DNA of 60,182 nucleotides, filler included, from Bipalium vagum (Eukaryota), in the NCBI GenBank assembly GCA_037834085.1. It is 3 parts of 3 records of this genome, joined end to end, with 100 filler letters (N's around TTAATTAATTAA, not from the genome) between each part and the next. Parts side by side here need not be neighbours in the genome. Positions count along the whole stretch, not along the records: positions 1 to 27,927 come from JBBMKC010071922.1; 2 more parts are not named here. One strand, written 5' to 3'. A program made the translations under genes and the position numbers. Each line of letters begins with the position of its first letter. The first letter of the stretch is position 1. Below the pieces are notes generated by a model. That model had not been told where the DNA came from and ran no database searches. It saw nothing but the letters and a program-made list of their open reading frames with translations. Shown one piece after another: positions 14,347-26,239 of this stretch.

Positions 14347-17300
14347 ATTGTACAAAATTCTGATTTATTTCAAGTAAACATTCTGTTAAATAGTGTTATA
14401 TTTTGAAATAATTTCCTTGTTATAGATGTTGATCTTTGTCTGTTCTTTGGCTGGACTTTTTCAAGTTTTTTTGAAGTAGATGTTATTCTGATTTTTTGGT
14501 GGTCAGTGATATCGCTTACAAAGGAATTTTATACTTTAAGACTTGTTATAAATATTGATCAATAAATAAATGTTTGGTTGAACAGAAAGCTCGTTCACCT
14601 TTTTGCATTTAGATTCACCTTATTTGATTATTAGAAATAAAATAAATATCTTTTATAAAATAATTTTGTTTTAATAATGACTATGCATGTCGCCTGTAGA
14701 ACTATTGTTCAATAAGTCAGTGCGTTATTTTTTAGTATTTTTATTTTTTTCAGTTCAGTTCAGTTTCAGTTCAGTTCAGTTTTTTTATAAACACTAAATT
14801 AAACATCATAATTTACAATTGATTGTTTATTTACATTAAAAACAAAAATGTATGTACAGTTTGATCTTCATTTTTAAAACTTTTCGTGCTTTTATAGTGT
14901 TTCCACACTGAGTTTGATCACTCAGCCAAAAATTGCTCGAGCTTGAATGGGATGTGTTGCCAATCCACCCTACAATCCAGACCTTGCGCCCTCCGATTTC
15001 AATTTTTTTCGCTTTCTGCAAAACTCATTGATTGGTAAAGCATGATGATGGTCTTATGATGGTCTTATAAAACAGCACCCTGAGAAGTTCTTTTCAGAGA
15101 AACATGGAGACTTATAACTGCAAGGAATAATGAAGCTACTAATGAGATAGCAGAAGGTGATTGAATATGGAAAATGGGAAATATACGATTGGAATATCGT
15201 ATTGATCGCATTTCCGATCGGAATTGGATTTTAAAATAGAACAAAGTATCTATCATAATAATTAATGTTAACTATATAATAAATTCTTGTTACCCTCTGG
15301 TATCGAAGAAATGGTACCAAGACATCTATTAACGATTTATTGGCCCATCGCCTTTGAAGTCATAATTTTACATCTTTGATTATCTAGAAAAATCATTCTC
15401 AGACTGGGGTTTGTCAATAGCTCACAATGAAGATATCACGTTTAATCATTAATTACAATGATTTTTTATCACAATCTTCAATTTTCTCAGTCCAAGACAA
15501 TGGGCCACTCTTTTTCATCATCTGGCAGCGATTAATGATAAATAATATTTCATCCATTTTTTCTAAGATTAAAAAACACTTAAACTTAAACAAATGTATT
15601 ATTAATAATATATTTTCTTTTTAAAATTAATTTTGAAAGTATTAAATATTATTAATATAAAAATAATATTAATCATGAAATATGGTGATAAAGATCGCCA
15701 AAACGTTTAGCCTTTTACTCAAAATAATAATTATGAAAATGATAATATTTTATTACAAATATTAATAATTCGTTTCCAGAAATACAGTTTTCTATCTGAA
15801 ATTATATTCATTGGAAACCTATTTTTTATGGCTGCCATGGGGTCTAGACTTATCGGTTTTCTCTCCTTTTTGATTACCAAGACCACTTCCTTAAGGATGT
15901 GGTGTTTCGATTTGGAAGATAAATTTGTAATAATAAGCCTTCCATTTTTATGGATTGGACTACTCTTTTATGCAAGGTGAATCATTATATTTTGTATATG
16001 AAAAATAATATAAAAATAATTGTTTACGGCTTATATATACAATAATAAAATGTAGGTTGAAGTGGCATGTCTGTTGATTTACAATTTTATTATCAAGTTG
16101 AAATTATTTTCTTAATTTCATGACATGTTTGACATATTATTGTCATCTTCATTCATATTGTTTCCACAAGCGCGTATTTCAGTTAGTGTAATGAGATAAT
16201 TCAACAATAATTGAAAATAACGGGTGTAGACAAAATATCCGGTCTACATTTGAATGGCCATAAGTCCCTTATAAATTTACATCAAACAAAAAGTAAAGAA
16301 GCCTTAGAAAGTATAAATATTTTTTGTTACTAATAAAGTCATTGACTTTTAACAGTACCATATCTTCGGACAGAATCGAAAGATGTCCTTGTCCATTTTC
16401 TTTAATTTTTCAAGATTTTTGGCTTTTCAATTTTTTTTTGTAGACCAATAATTTTAGAATACCACAAATATCTTTAATTGGGAGCATCTCAGGGACGTTT
16501 ATTGAATTGTCTTCTTTCCTTTCTTACAGACATCATAAAACTCGTACACGAGTTTTCTGAGCTGCTTATCTTGATTTATGATTCAATTTTTGGTATTATT
16601 GGGTTGATTTAAAAGTTCATGCGTTAAAAAAAAGTTAAAAAAAGTTAAGACCCTTGTCAAAAAATACTGGAGACATCTTTTATCATCTGATGATACCAGT
16701 TCAAAAAACGTCACATGGGTAGAGTGCTTAGACCTAGCAATGTCTTTAATGTTATCTAAGACATCTCTCACAAGTATATTCGATAAGTACCTTTCATTTC
16801 TTTCGAACTTTGTTATTCGTAAAATATTTCTTATCAGACTAGTACAAAATGTCCCCTTCAGTTTTTTGAGCATCAACCTGATTTTCTTGCATTTCTCAAA
16901 TCTTGATACTTTGAGTGAATTTGTTAGCAACTGATGTTTGATTATTGCTTTTGACTTTGAAGTCTTCTAATAATTCTTCTCATTGTGGATTCAGAAGTAC
17001 TCATTCCATTCGAGATTTGTCGCATTGACATCAGAGTTATTTGGTTTTTGACTTTTATAACCAACTCTTTATCCTAACTGCTCTTTTTGTACTTTACTGG
17101 ACTTCAAGGCACTGTCATAATCTTCAAGATTCAAATTCATTTTACATACCATTGTTTGCATACCTGGCTGGGAAATTCTGAAGAACTCGGTCTTTTCATC
17201 AGACATTTACCCATTTGTTTTTCATTTATTCTGGTCAATACAAAACACCTTGTGATACAGACTTCAAATCAGTGGATGAAATCTGAAAATGACTTAACAG

Positions 17301-19649
17301 TTTTATTGCTTCCAAACAGCCAGAATTTTTTTGGGACGGAATTCATCAACTACCTGAAGATAACTCAAAATGATCAATAACAATGGTGAATACTCTGACT
17401 AAATATTCTAGTCATGTTTTTAAAATAAATTTTGAAGTTTGGTTAAAAATTTTATCATTTATTACTAGACCTAATAATTACTTACCGAAAAACTTAGGTA
17501 TTTTATCATATAGTCAAGATTAATCTTCACCACTGATACTTAAAAGATCTAAAATAATCAACCATGTTTTGTAAATTATTTACATTTTCTTACTAAATAT
17601 TTAATAAAAAAACTATTAATAAATAAAACTTTAATTTAGCGCTGTCAAAGCTACAGGACCATGTGTCACTATGATAATAAAGTTACTTGTTGGAGATATA
17701 TTAAAATTCAGCATCATATTTATTATTATTTTATCTCTTTTTTCTCAAGGTAATTTTTTTATATTTATCAACCAATTAAATAATAATAATAATAAAATAA
17801 AGAAGATAACAATAATAAAAAAAAATAAAATAGAAGTAAAATAAAAAAATAAATAATCAAAATAACAAAAATATTAATATCAAAATCAACATATATATTA
17901 TTTTATAATTATTGTAATTAAAATAAACTCTTATTGCTTATTTATTATTTGCTTTTATCTTTTTATCTTGTCATTTTTTAAAAATATTCAGTATTCTATT
18001 TCCTATTCAAGGATATTCGATTAACCAATAATTCTTTTAAAGACATAAGCTCAACGCTAATAACCATATTCCAGATGACTTTAGGAGAATTCAAAGTGAG
18101 ATATTTTTATTATTATTTATATAATTTCAAAACATTTTTAGTCTTTTTTTTTAATTCTTATATAATTAAAATAAAATTTCAACATATGTTAATATTAAAA
18201 GAGAAATTTTTAAAAAAATTCATTATTAAATTATATAAGGAGCGATATTAAAGTGTGTCGTTTTTTTTGAAAAATATAAATAGAAATGAAAAAATAGTAA
18301 AAGGAATAACACTTGCATTTATCTTTGTTCATTGATTTATATAATAAAATTTATTGATCATAAAGCATTATTAATAAATCAAAAATTTAGTTTAAACTTA
18401 TTATTTTGCAAGAATAATTTTGTGCGAAAATGAAACCGTCATCCGAAAAAAATAATTTTTTATCGTAATCCTTCCGAAAAAACGTGCACAGAATATTAGG
18501 TAATGGTTGGGATGAAAAATATGTAATCTCCTTGAGACACATGCAGAGAATTTGCAAACAATTCTCGCACTTAGGTTGGTGAGGGTGGTAATCGTCCCCA
18601 GCAATTTAGGCATATAATATCGGAAAAAATTTCCACATCATCTTTCGTATAAATTTCACAAAAGATTATTACTTCAATATATTGAAGTCAATGATCAAGA
18701 GACTGAAAGATATCTGTCGTGGTGGCATTCTTACAATCGTTTATTATATATCGTTTAAATATGGTAAGATACCTGAGCAGGGTCAGAACATTGATTTTTT
18801 CATGATCTAAGTTCTATTAGAATAATTCTTGGACTTTTAACACTGTTTATTTTACATAAAAATATTTCCAATAATTTTATGTTTAATTAAAGGGTTCTAA
18901 TTGTGTTTGTTAATTTATTTTTATTTTCATTATAATATGATATTTATCCTCATATTGTCTACATATTTAGCTTCAAGTTGATCAACTTAGTTATATCCGA
19001 TTTCCACTTTTGGGAAATTTAATATTTATAATCTTTATGATACTAGTTCCACTTCTTCTTCTCAACATGTTGATTGCTATGATCGGAAAGACTTATGTTG
19101 AAGTTTTTAGCAGTTCTGAAAGAGAATGGATAGCCATAGTAATTAATTTTAATCATCGTAAACCTTTAAATTTTGTACTAAAATATAAACTATTTCCAGT
19201 GGGCAAAAGTAGTAATATCTTTAGAAAGAACTGTCAGCAAGGTAGATCTGAAAAGGTTTAGGAGCATGTATTCGATTCCATTCCCGAGAAAACCCCAGAA
19301 AGAAAGCGGTGTTCTTGTACTGCAAGTCATTAAAACGTGTTCTACCAGTAAACAGAAATATTTGAACGTAATATTTTCATGATTTTTCTTCTGATTTTAA
19401 TAAAAAAATAATAAAAGTTTATAAGATCGTAATAATTGAAAGAAGTAACAATTAAAATGGCGGTTAATAATGATAATAATAATAATAATAATATAAACCG
19501 TGAAAAATATTTTTATAAAATAAATAATTTGCTTAATTAACTTCGAAGACTTCGGATTAAAGTAATTTTATACAATAAAAATATACTAAAAATTATTGTT
19601 TTTTTCGTTTCAGGAGAACATCGTCGAAGATAACAATGGGAATTTATAG
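3745..19649 (+). CDS. TRPV-family cation channel, OSM-9/Inactive-like, 14 exons, about 754 aa
   Basis: Exons 3745-4071, 6038-6278, 7170-7343, 7392-7546, 8493-8636, 12537-12734, 12779-12898, 12948-13070, 15780-15976, 17640-17749, 17992-18095, 18971-19138, 19200-19367, 19614-19649. All introns are GT-AG and phase-consistent (2265 nt). Motifs: ankyrin repeats (CWEIIRRGILGENLLHIC, GQTPLHMAIVN, YGEYPVSFAAS, QDTFGNTVLHIVV, LTPLALAASLG), YPLTGLDSI, pore FQMTLGEF, S6 LLLNMLIAMIGKTY and TRP box SEREWIAIWAKVVISLER. The last exon is the least certain. Confidence 0.93.
4503..4990 (+). mobile_element. Decayed mariner transposase, 5' half (TRPV intron 1)
   Basis: MEVDKIHIRHCILLIFNQ..., FRWFRSGDIDLKEEERVGRP and IPHEL motifs, with stops and frameshifts. 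Confidence 0.8.
5119..5790 (+). mobile_element. Decayed, internally deleted mariner element
   Basis: EFRAVIKYL start, VNSVYYVDLL, and YSHELVSLDFFLFRHLKKNLSG (degenerate YSPDLAPSDFFLF). Confidence 0.75.
7660..8120 (-). mobile_element. Mariner remnant, 3' part (TRPV intron 4)
   Basis: Reverse strand reads approximately HSSYSPYLILSDFHLF*NLKN, plus a degenerate WWD/DNA region. Confidence 0.6.
8751..9800 (-). mobile_element. Decayed Tc1/Tc3-like element
   Basis: TA|CCGTGTGCCCATAAAGTC end. The reverse strand gives PPRIPDLSHNDYLF*GWLK (about PPRSPDLTPCDFFLWGYLK). Confidence 0.65.
10540..11678 (-). mobile_element. Decayed mariner (DD34D) element
   Basis: Fragmented ORFs with ITCDEEWLLYNN, TVGWCSEGVIHYDYL and ILPHPPFSPNLPPTYFHLF. 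TIR-like end GGACAACCTAA|TA at 11678. Confidence 0.88.
13107..14313 (-). mobile_element. Full-length but decayed mariner with both TIRs
   Basis: TIRs TTATCTGTACAAATAAATAATCCAAAT and (reverse complement) TAAGGTGCACAAATAAATAATCCAAAT, with TA flanks. Motifs WFRSFESGDFSL and VILLHDNPRP. Confidence 0.88.
14312..14341. repeat. (TA)n microsatellite at the mariner right end
   Basis: About 15 TA units directly after the TIR. Confidence 0.9.
14749..14780. repeat. (TTCAG)n short tandem repeat
   Basis: About 6 near-perfect TTCAG units. Confidence 0.8.
14850..15560. mobile_element. Two mariner fragments (3' part on +, 5' part on -)
   Basis: QKLLELEWDVLP-like and DLAPSDF-like text on + at about 14920-15010. 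An HTH/IWVP-like fragment lies on - at about 15290-15560. Confidence 0.55.
16380..17130 (-). mobile_element. Decayed DD37D (maT)-like transposase fragment
   Basis: Reverse strand SMRQISNGMSTSESTMRRII...HQLLTNSLKVSRFEKCKKI resembles the maT HTH-linker region. Confidence 0.55.
17150..17410 (+). mobile_element. Mariner 3' remnant
   Basis: GWEILKNSVFSSDI...FIASKQPEFFWDGIHQLPE...NNGEY. Confidence 0.7.
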
Positions 19650-20236
19650 CTAATTTATGTGGTCAGTCGAACCTGTGACCAATTCAGTATTAGTATAATC
19701 TTCACAGGCTTGGCTTATTTTATTTTACAAATGATGATCTGAAGAATTAGTTGATCCTATCGGACGTGATAAACAGGCACATTTTATGTTTTAAAAATTG
19801 ATAATTAAATTAAGTGTAGTCTTTCATTATATTATTCTCATGTAAAATTTACTTAAATTAAACAAATCATGATCTAAAGAAAAATATGAAAAATAATTTT
19901 ACTAATTGTTTTCCAGATAAATTTAAAATGTTCTAAAATAGCCGAAATACGAAGAAAAATCCAATGTTCAGATTATATTTTAATATAATTATATATTTTA
20001 AAATCATTATTTTTCATTCTTGTGGCTTTTAATATTCCCGTAATATTCTGAGTATTTTTCCCCGTGATTCATTTTATTGTACCAAAGGTTTAATTCTTTA
20101 TATTATTTTGGACATACGATCAGAAATTTAAACACCTCTAAAGTGCTTAAAAGGGAGAAGAATTCTTTCTACAGTTTAATTGAAGAATGAATTAAAGGAA
20201 TATTTCTTTTATTATTTTATTAATATTATTAGCTAT

Positions 20237-21367
20237 TTAAGATTGTCCATGATTATTAGCAACGAAATTGGGTAAACAAATTGAAAAAATACAGCTACTT
20301 CATATTCAGCGATCGCAATTCATCGAAATCAACCTTTCAAAAATTTATTATTCATAATTATAATATAACTACAAGAAGACTTTTACTATTGAACGGAAGG
20401 CAGATTCAGGTAAGAAAGCAGGTCCAATTTATACCAATTTAGCAAACAAAGTCATCTGTGCATTTAAGAAAAATCCATTGCTTTCAGTATATAATGTTCT
20501 AAAAACATGTAAAACATCGAAATCATATATCCACAAAGTGAAGCAGAGTAGATGATTTATGTCCTACAAAGTCACTGTTGCTCCTAATCGTGATGAACAA
20601 AAGAATAAAATTGCTAAAACACATTCGAGAAAGCTTTATGAAAATTTCCATACCAAAGTTGACTGTGTTATTATGGACGATAAGACTTACATTAAAGGAG
20701 ACTTAAAACAAATGCCAGGTCAGAAATATTATGTTGTAGAGGTTAAAGGTGTAGTTGCTAAAAGATTTAAAATGAAAAAGCGCTTGAAATTTCCAAAGAG
20801 ATACCTCATTTGGAAAGCCATTTGTACACGTGGAAAAAAGTAAAACTTAACAATTAATCAAGAAATACATCAAAGAGTGCCTTCACAAATGTCTATTGCC
20901 TTTAATTAATAAGCATGATTGCCTTACTTTGTTCTGGATCGATCTCGCAAGGTCTCATTATGATAAAGATACATTTGAATGATACAAAAAAAATAATTTG
21001 AAACGTGTTCCTGGACTACCCAACTCTCCTAACTGTTCAGAACGCTAACCAATAGAAAAATATTTGGCAATTGTAAAACGGAACTTAAATAACACCCATG
21101 GCGCTGCAAAGAATGAATCTTTTAAAGGAAGTGGAAGAAATCAATGGAAAAGAAAACTGAAATAACTTTGCAGAAGTTGATGGGAGAAGTAAAAAGAAAA
21201 GTTCGCCAATTTTATTGGGGTTAAGGTATTTTGTTAAATATCAATAGAAAATTGTTTTTTATATAATCTGTTTAAAACAAACAGTTTTACTAAAATAATC
21301 TTTGGCTTATAGTTTTTTATATTACTTTTATATAGACACCCTGATTATTTATCGTGGACACCCTTTA
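20237..21367 (+). mobile_element. Decayed ITm DD37E-like transposon with TIRs
   Basis: Motifs CVIMDDKTYIKGDLKQMPGQKYY, FWIDLARSHY and NSPNCSER*PIEKYLAIVKR. The ends TTAAGATTGTCCATGAT and ATCGTGGACACCCTTTA are imperfect inverted repeats. Confidence 0.8.
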
Positions 21368-21719
21368 TTTTATTTATATTATATTACGTATATCTAAAGT
21401 CAGTGAAAATTAATCAAACACGATTCGAAGCTGTGCTTGTAGTCTTACAATTGACAATAAGACTAATACAATTATAAATATAATATAAAAATTCTTGCCA
21501 AAACTTATTTATCTTTTATAGTCCCTAAAATCAAGACTTAAAAATACGATAGGCTTGAGATATGAGAAAATTGCCTCTAGTATTCTGAGAAGTGGTTTTG
21601 TAAGGTGAAATGTATTGCAGTCTTAACTAATTTTTTTAATAATCAATAAATAAATATGATATTTATATCAATACATATTCAAATGATATATAATATTATT
21701 TTTTTATTTTAGATAACCA

Positions 21720-22620
21720 ATTCAGATGAAAATGTAAACACCAGAAATGAAAAGAAATGCATTTCTAGTTGCTTTATCCACTTAACGGGTTATAGAAATC
21801 AGTACCCTTTTAAATGAATGTTTCCCCTGTAGCAAAACCAGAAAAGCTTTACCAATATTCTGATACCACAAGTACTCCAGAATTTAAAAAAATGTTCAAA
21901 ACATCATCGATGAGAACCACAGGAGATAATTGAGATCCATTACTAAAGAACTCCAGGTATCAGAGTTCTTCTTCAATACTGCCAGAGCCACAGTACATCA
22001 GGATATTCAATAAGTCATACTTAACGAGAAGAAGCCAAATCATGAAGTTGAAGACACAGGAAAACCGTCTCATCCGTTCAAAAAGATTGCTTAACAAATT
22101 AAAAAACCCCAGTAAACATGACATGATATGGTTTTTTTTATCAAAAACTTTGATCAGATCAGAAAATAAACAGACAGAATGACAGATGGCTATATGTATC
22201 TCTCTCTGAATTACCCAAGACGATGCACACCAAATATCCAGCTACTGTAATGGTTTTAGGAGTTGAGAACACTGAAGGTCATCTTATGATACCTTAAAAT
22301 TTCTCACAAGGTCTTAGGGTCAATGCTGTTGAATACATTGAAGTGCTTAAAACGATTGTTAAGCCCTGGATAGATAAAGTGACTCTGCACCTTCTCACAA
22401 AGCCAGTATAACCTCAGAGAATTTTTACAATCACGTCACCCTCAACATGTGGTCCTCTAACTCGTCAGATTTAAATCCAATGGATTATTTCATGTGAAGC
22501 CTCATTAAGAGGGAGATTAATCAACATCCTCATAGTATCATTGCCTCACTGAAGGCTGTCATTGTAAAGCTGATATCAGAAATGAATAGAGACCACTTAA
22601 TTTCTCAACATTATGTATTT
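21720..22620 (+). mobile_element. Decayed DD37D (maT)-like element
   Basis: TKYPATVMVLGV...EGHLM, YIEVLKTIVKPWIDKV and WSSNSSDLNPMDYF motifs, with stops. Confidence 0.75.
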
Positions 22621-23010
22621 GAATAACGAGTTAAGTAACGAAATCTTTGACAAATTTACTATAAATTATGAACAATATTAAAAGTATTATACTTAATTCT
22701 CAATCTCGCTCTTGAAAGATTATGCAGTTAAATAGAAAGGTGAAACTAAGTAGAAGGCGAAAAATTAACCCATAACTTAATAATACAACTACATAATTAA
22801 ATTTATTAAAAATAAATCGTCTCAGCTTGAAAGCAGTCATTAAGTGTGCTATTTTGTGATATTTTCTAAGTCTGCAAGTCTCTAGACAATTAATTATCTG
22901 ATCAATGCAATTACTATTGTGAATCATATAATTTTTAGAACAACCAACTCAATTGACTGTTGTGGATTGAGACAGTTGAATAAAATAATTTTTAAAAATA
23001 TATCACGCCC

Positions 23011-23457
23011 CTTAATGAAATTGTCTTAAACCTTTGCCTACATAATTCTCATATTATCAATTGTAAAATAATTAACCAACAAATACTTCCAAAATTTGTA
23101 ACTAATTGAAGGGACGCCACTAGAGGCTTACATATGCAACTCATCTAAAATTATTACATGCTCCAATGTTATGCACCTAATTAGAACAAATTAATGTGAG
23201 ATAAAGATGGTAAATTACTATACACAAAATAGTGAAAAATTAAGAATTTTAAGAAGCATACAAGAAAGAATAGCTTATTGTATATTGTTGATAGTCAAGC
23301 AAAGACTTTTAAACATATATTGAGAGTAAAAAGTTAACGATTTTACTGATAATTTAAAGAATTTTTCAATAGAGAAGTACTATTCATACAAGTTTATAAA
23401 TGCCTTTTAATAGAGGAAATGTTTGAACATCAATGGGTTCGCACAAATGACTTGTAG
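23011..23457 (+). pseudogene. Possible decayed, internally deleted Ser/Thr kinase fragment
   Basis: Ordered kinase-like pieces in shifting frames: LNEIVLNLCLHNSHII, KYFQNL*LIEGTPLEAY, DSQAKTFKHIL, IEEMFEHQWV. No HRD, DFG or APE motif is visible. Confidence 0.3.
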
Positions 23458-24029
23458 ATTATGAAAGCATTCATGTTCAGAATGTTGAAAATTATACCAG
23501 AGGTAATTTCTCTGAGCAAGTTAATTTCAGCAAGATTTATTCTGAAGGTGAGCTCCAGGAGCTCGTTCTTGGGTTGTATATATATTTTTAAAGAGAAGTC
23601 CAAAAAAGTTGGCAAACAAATTTATTTCTTCGTCATTGACTTAACTGATGCAACTTTGGTCCATTTTTTCCAATCCAAGTTCAATTCTGGAATTCACTGT
23701 GATTGATCAGATTCACTATTTTCTGCAATTACTTAAAAATTAAGACCCCATAAAATATAATTTTCTTATTTTTTTGCCATTGAAGGTGTTGTAGTTGACA
23801 AATGTAGTTGTAGTTAAATAGTAAAATTTGGCAAGCCAGGTTAGATCATTTGCAGCAATTTGATTGGCCCATTCCACTGCAATAGGTTTTATTAAACATG
23901 TGGCTTGTATTATGCAAACAGGGTATTCATCCAATCATCAGCGGGCTTGAAGTCACTGAAACAATATCGTCATCAATCAATAATTATGATTATTTTAATT
24001 ATTAGAATTACTGTAAATGTTTTATTATA

Positions 24030-25313
24030 TCAGGTTGTGTAGTATGAAATTTGTAAAATGAAAAACAAAGTTTATTAATCAATTACAATTAAAAAAAACT
24101 ATGCTATTCATCAAAATAGGCATCCATATTGTCTACACATTTTTGCCATTTAAGCGACAGCTTGTTCATGCCGCTCATATAAAACCCTGGCGGGCGAGTG
24201 TCAAGGAATTCCTGGAAGACCAATTTTATATCATCGTCAGATTTGAATTGTTTTTCACCGAAAAAGTTGTCCAGATTGCGAAAGAAATAGTAATCAGTGG
24301 GAGCTATGTCTGGTGAGTATGGAGGATGATTATGAAGTTCCAACTCAAACTCCTGTATTTTTGCCACACTCATTTTCACCGTGTGTGGTTTAGCATTATC
24401 CTGCAATAAAATAAGAATTGATCTACTGATTAATTTTGGCTGTTTTATTTTAATTTTTTTCACCATTTCGTCCAATGACTTACAGTATACTTCTGCTGTG
24501 ATCGATGAGCCTGGTTTCAAGAATTCATAATGAATCACATCTGCACTACACCACCAAACACTCACCATTAGTTTCTTTTCATGGATATTACTCTTTGGAC
24601 TGTGTTTCGGTGGTTCATCTTTGTCCAACCACTGTGAAGAACGTTTGCGGTTGTCATATCTTATCCATTTTTCGTCACAACTGACAATACAATTCAAAAA
24701 TGGATCAGATTTTTGACGAGAAAGGAACATCAAACAGGCTTGCAAACGCTTTTTCTTTTTGTTTGACATTCAGTTCATGAGGAACCCATTTATCTAATTC
24801 TTTCACCTTTCCTATTTAATTTATATGATCTAAAATAGTTTTTTTGGCGACACCAAACTTTACAGACAATTCCTGGGCACTCTGACGTGGGTTAGACTCA
24901 ATGATCATCTTTAATTTGTCGTTGCACACCTTTGATTCTGGACGACCAAGTGGCTCATTTTGGAGGTTAAAATTATCCTTACGAAATTTTGAAATCCAAT
25001 TGGAAACTGTTTGTTGTGTAGTTACACGAGTCCCAAATACTGCATTAATGTCTTCAGCTGTCTGTGATGCCGTTGTTTTGCGTCAAAATTCATATTTCAT
25101 AATTACGCGTATTTCCGATATATCCATTTTTAATAAAAATGATTAATTTAAACAATTGATTTATATTTTATCAGATTAAAATGATATTTTCAAACAAGAC
25201 AGATTTATTTACCAACGCAAAAAACAGAATGGTAAAATATCAAGCCGATAACAAATAAACAACAATTAAAGTTGGCATTTCATTACCTACTAATTTCATA
25301 CTACACAACCTGA
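24030..25313 (-). mobile_element. Near-intact mariner (DD34D) element, 1284 bp
   Basis: 26-bp TIRs TCAGGTTGTGTAGTATGAAATT(T/A)GTA with 1 mismatch, and TA target duplication at both ends. Confidence 0.97.
24104..25127 (-). pseudogene. Mariner transposase, disrupted
   Basis: MDISEIRVIMKYEF*...KWVPHEL, then a frameshift near 24760, then CDEKW / QDNAKPH / YSPDIAPTDY to the stop at 24104. Two premature stops and one frameshift seen. Confidence 0.93.
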
Positions 25314-25366
25314 TACTTAAAGTTGTTATATCATTACAATTTAAATTAAGAAATTCAGTCGTAATA

Positions 25367-25577
25367 CAGGGTGTTTCATAAGTAACTGACATTTTTTAAA
25401 TGAATGATTTATTATTAAATTTTTAATTATTAGAAAAATTAATTTTTAGAAAATATTATTTTCCATGCCTAAATTTTATGTCTAAATAAATTTTTATAGG
25501 AAAAATCTGTCTTAGTTTTCATTTTTATAAAAAGATATTTAAAAAATAAAATAGTCAGTTACTTATGAAACACCCTG
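25367..25577. mobile_element. Tc1/mariner-derived MITE, 211 bp
   Basis: Perfect 24-bp TIRs CAGGGTGTTTCATAAGTAACTGAC, TA on both flanks and an AT-rich non-coding interior. Confidence 0.95.
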
Positions 25578-26239
25578 TACTAAACTTATACTTCTTTTTT
25601 CAAGAAATTTTTAATTTTCTCCATATTTTCATTTTTCCTTTCACTTACGTTTTCTAAACTGCTTCCTCGGGTACACTAGCTAATTTTTGCCTCGAATTTC
25701 GACTGCTACTAAAACGTCTTGTATCTTGCACTTCCACTTATGGGGTTCTGTTCTTAAACTGTCTTTGTAAGTCTACCTCTGGACTTTTTTGACGAACACT
25801 TTCAGTTTGACTATGTCCAACTATGTTTTGAAGTGTTGTATTAAGAATAAAATTTATATTATCTCAGTCAAATCAGTTTTCATAGTTTCGCTTGAGATAG
25901 CTTCTGATTTTTTTCTATTTTTCATCAGTATTGTGATAGTCTTTCGTGTCTCTTGAATCCAAACTTTATATTAGCTTTTCCTGAGCTACCAAAATTTAAT
26001 ATTCAACTGTTCGTGATTGCCTTCTAAATAGATAGTTCATCTTGATTTACCAATATGGTTAAGAGAATATTTATTAATGATGCCCAAAATATGTTTTCCC
26101 TTTAGTTCGTCTTAGGTGTCCAAAAGCTGCTCTATTTTTCTTTTTAATAGTCTTCAATTGTTCTGATAATTTATTGAACCTCCTCATATACACTATCTTT
26201 CATGGAATATATCCATCTGCTCAATCATTTGCTAATATA

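Noticed and set aside
19614-19680. TAA-to-Gln stop reassignment suggested by HRRR*QWEF
   Set aside because: About 1500 codons of conserved exons in four genes contain no in-frame TAA/TAG. Gln is encoded by CAA/CAG, and a normal stop solution exists.
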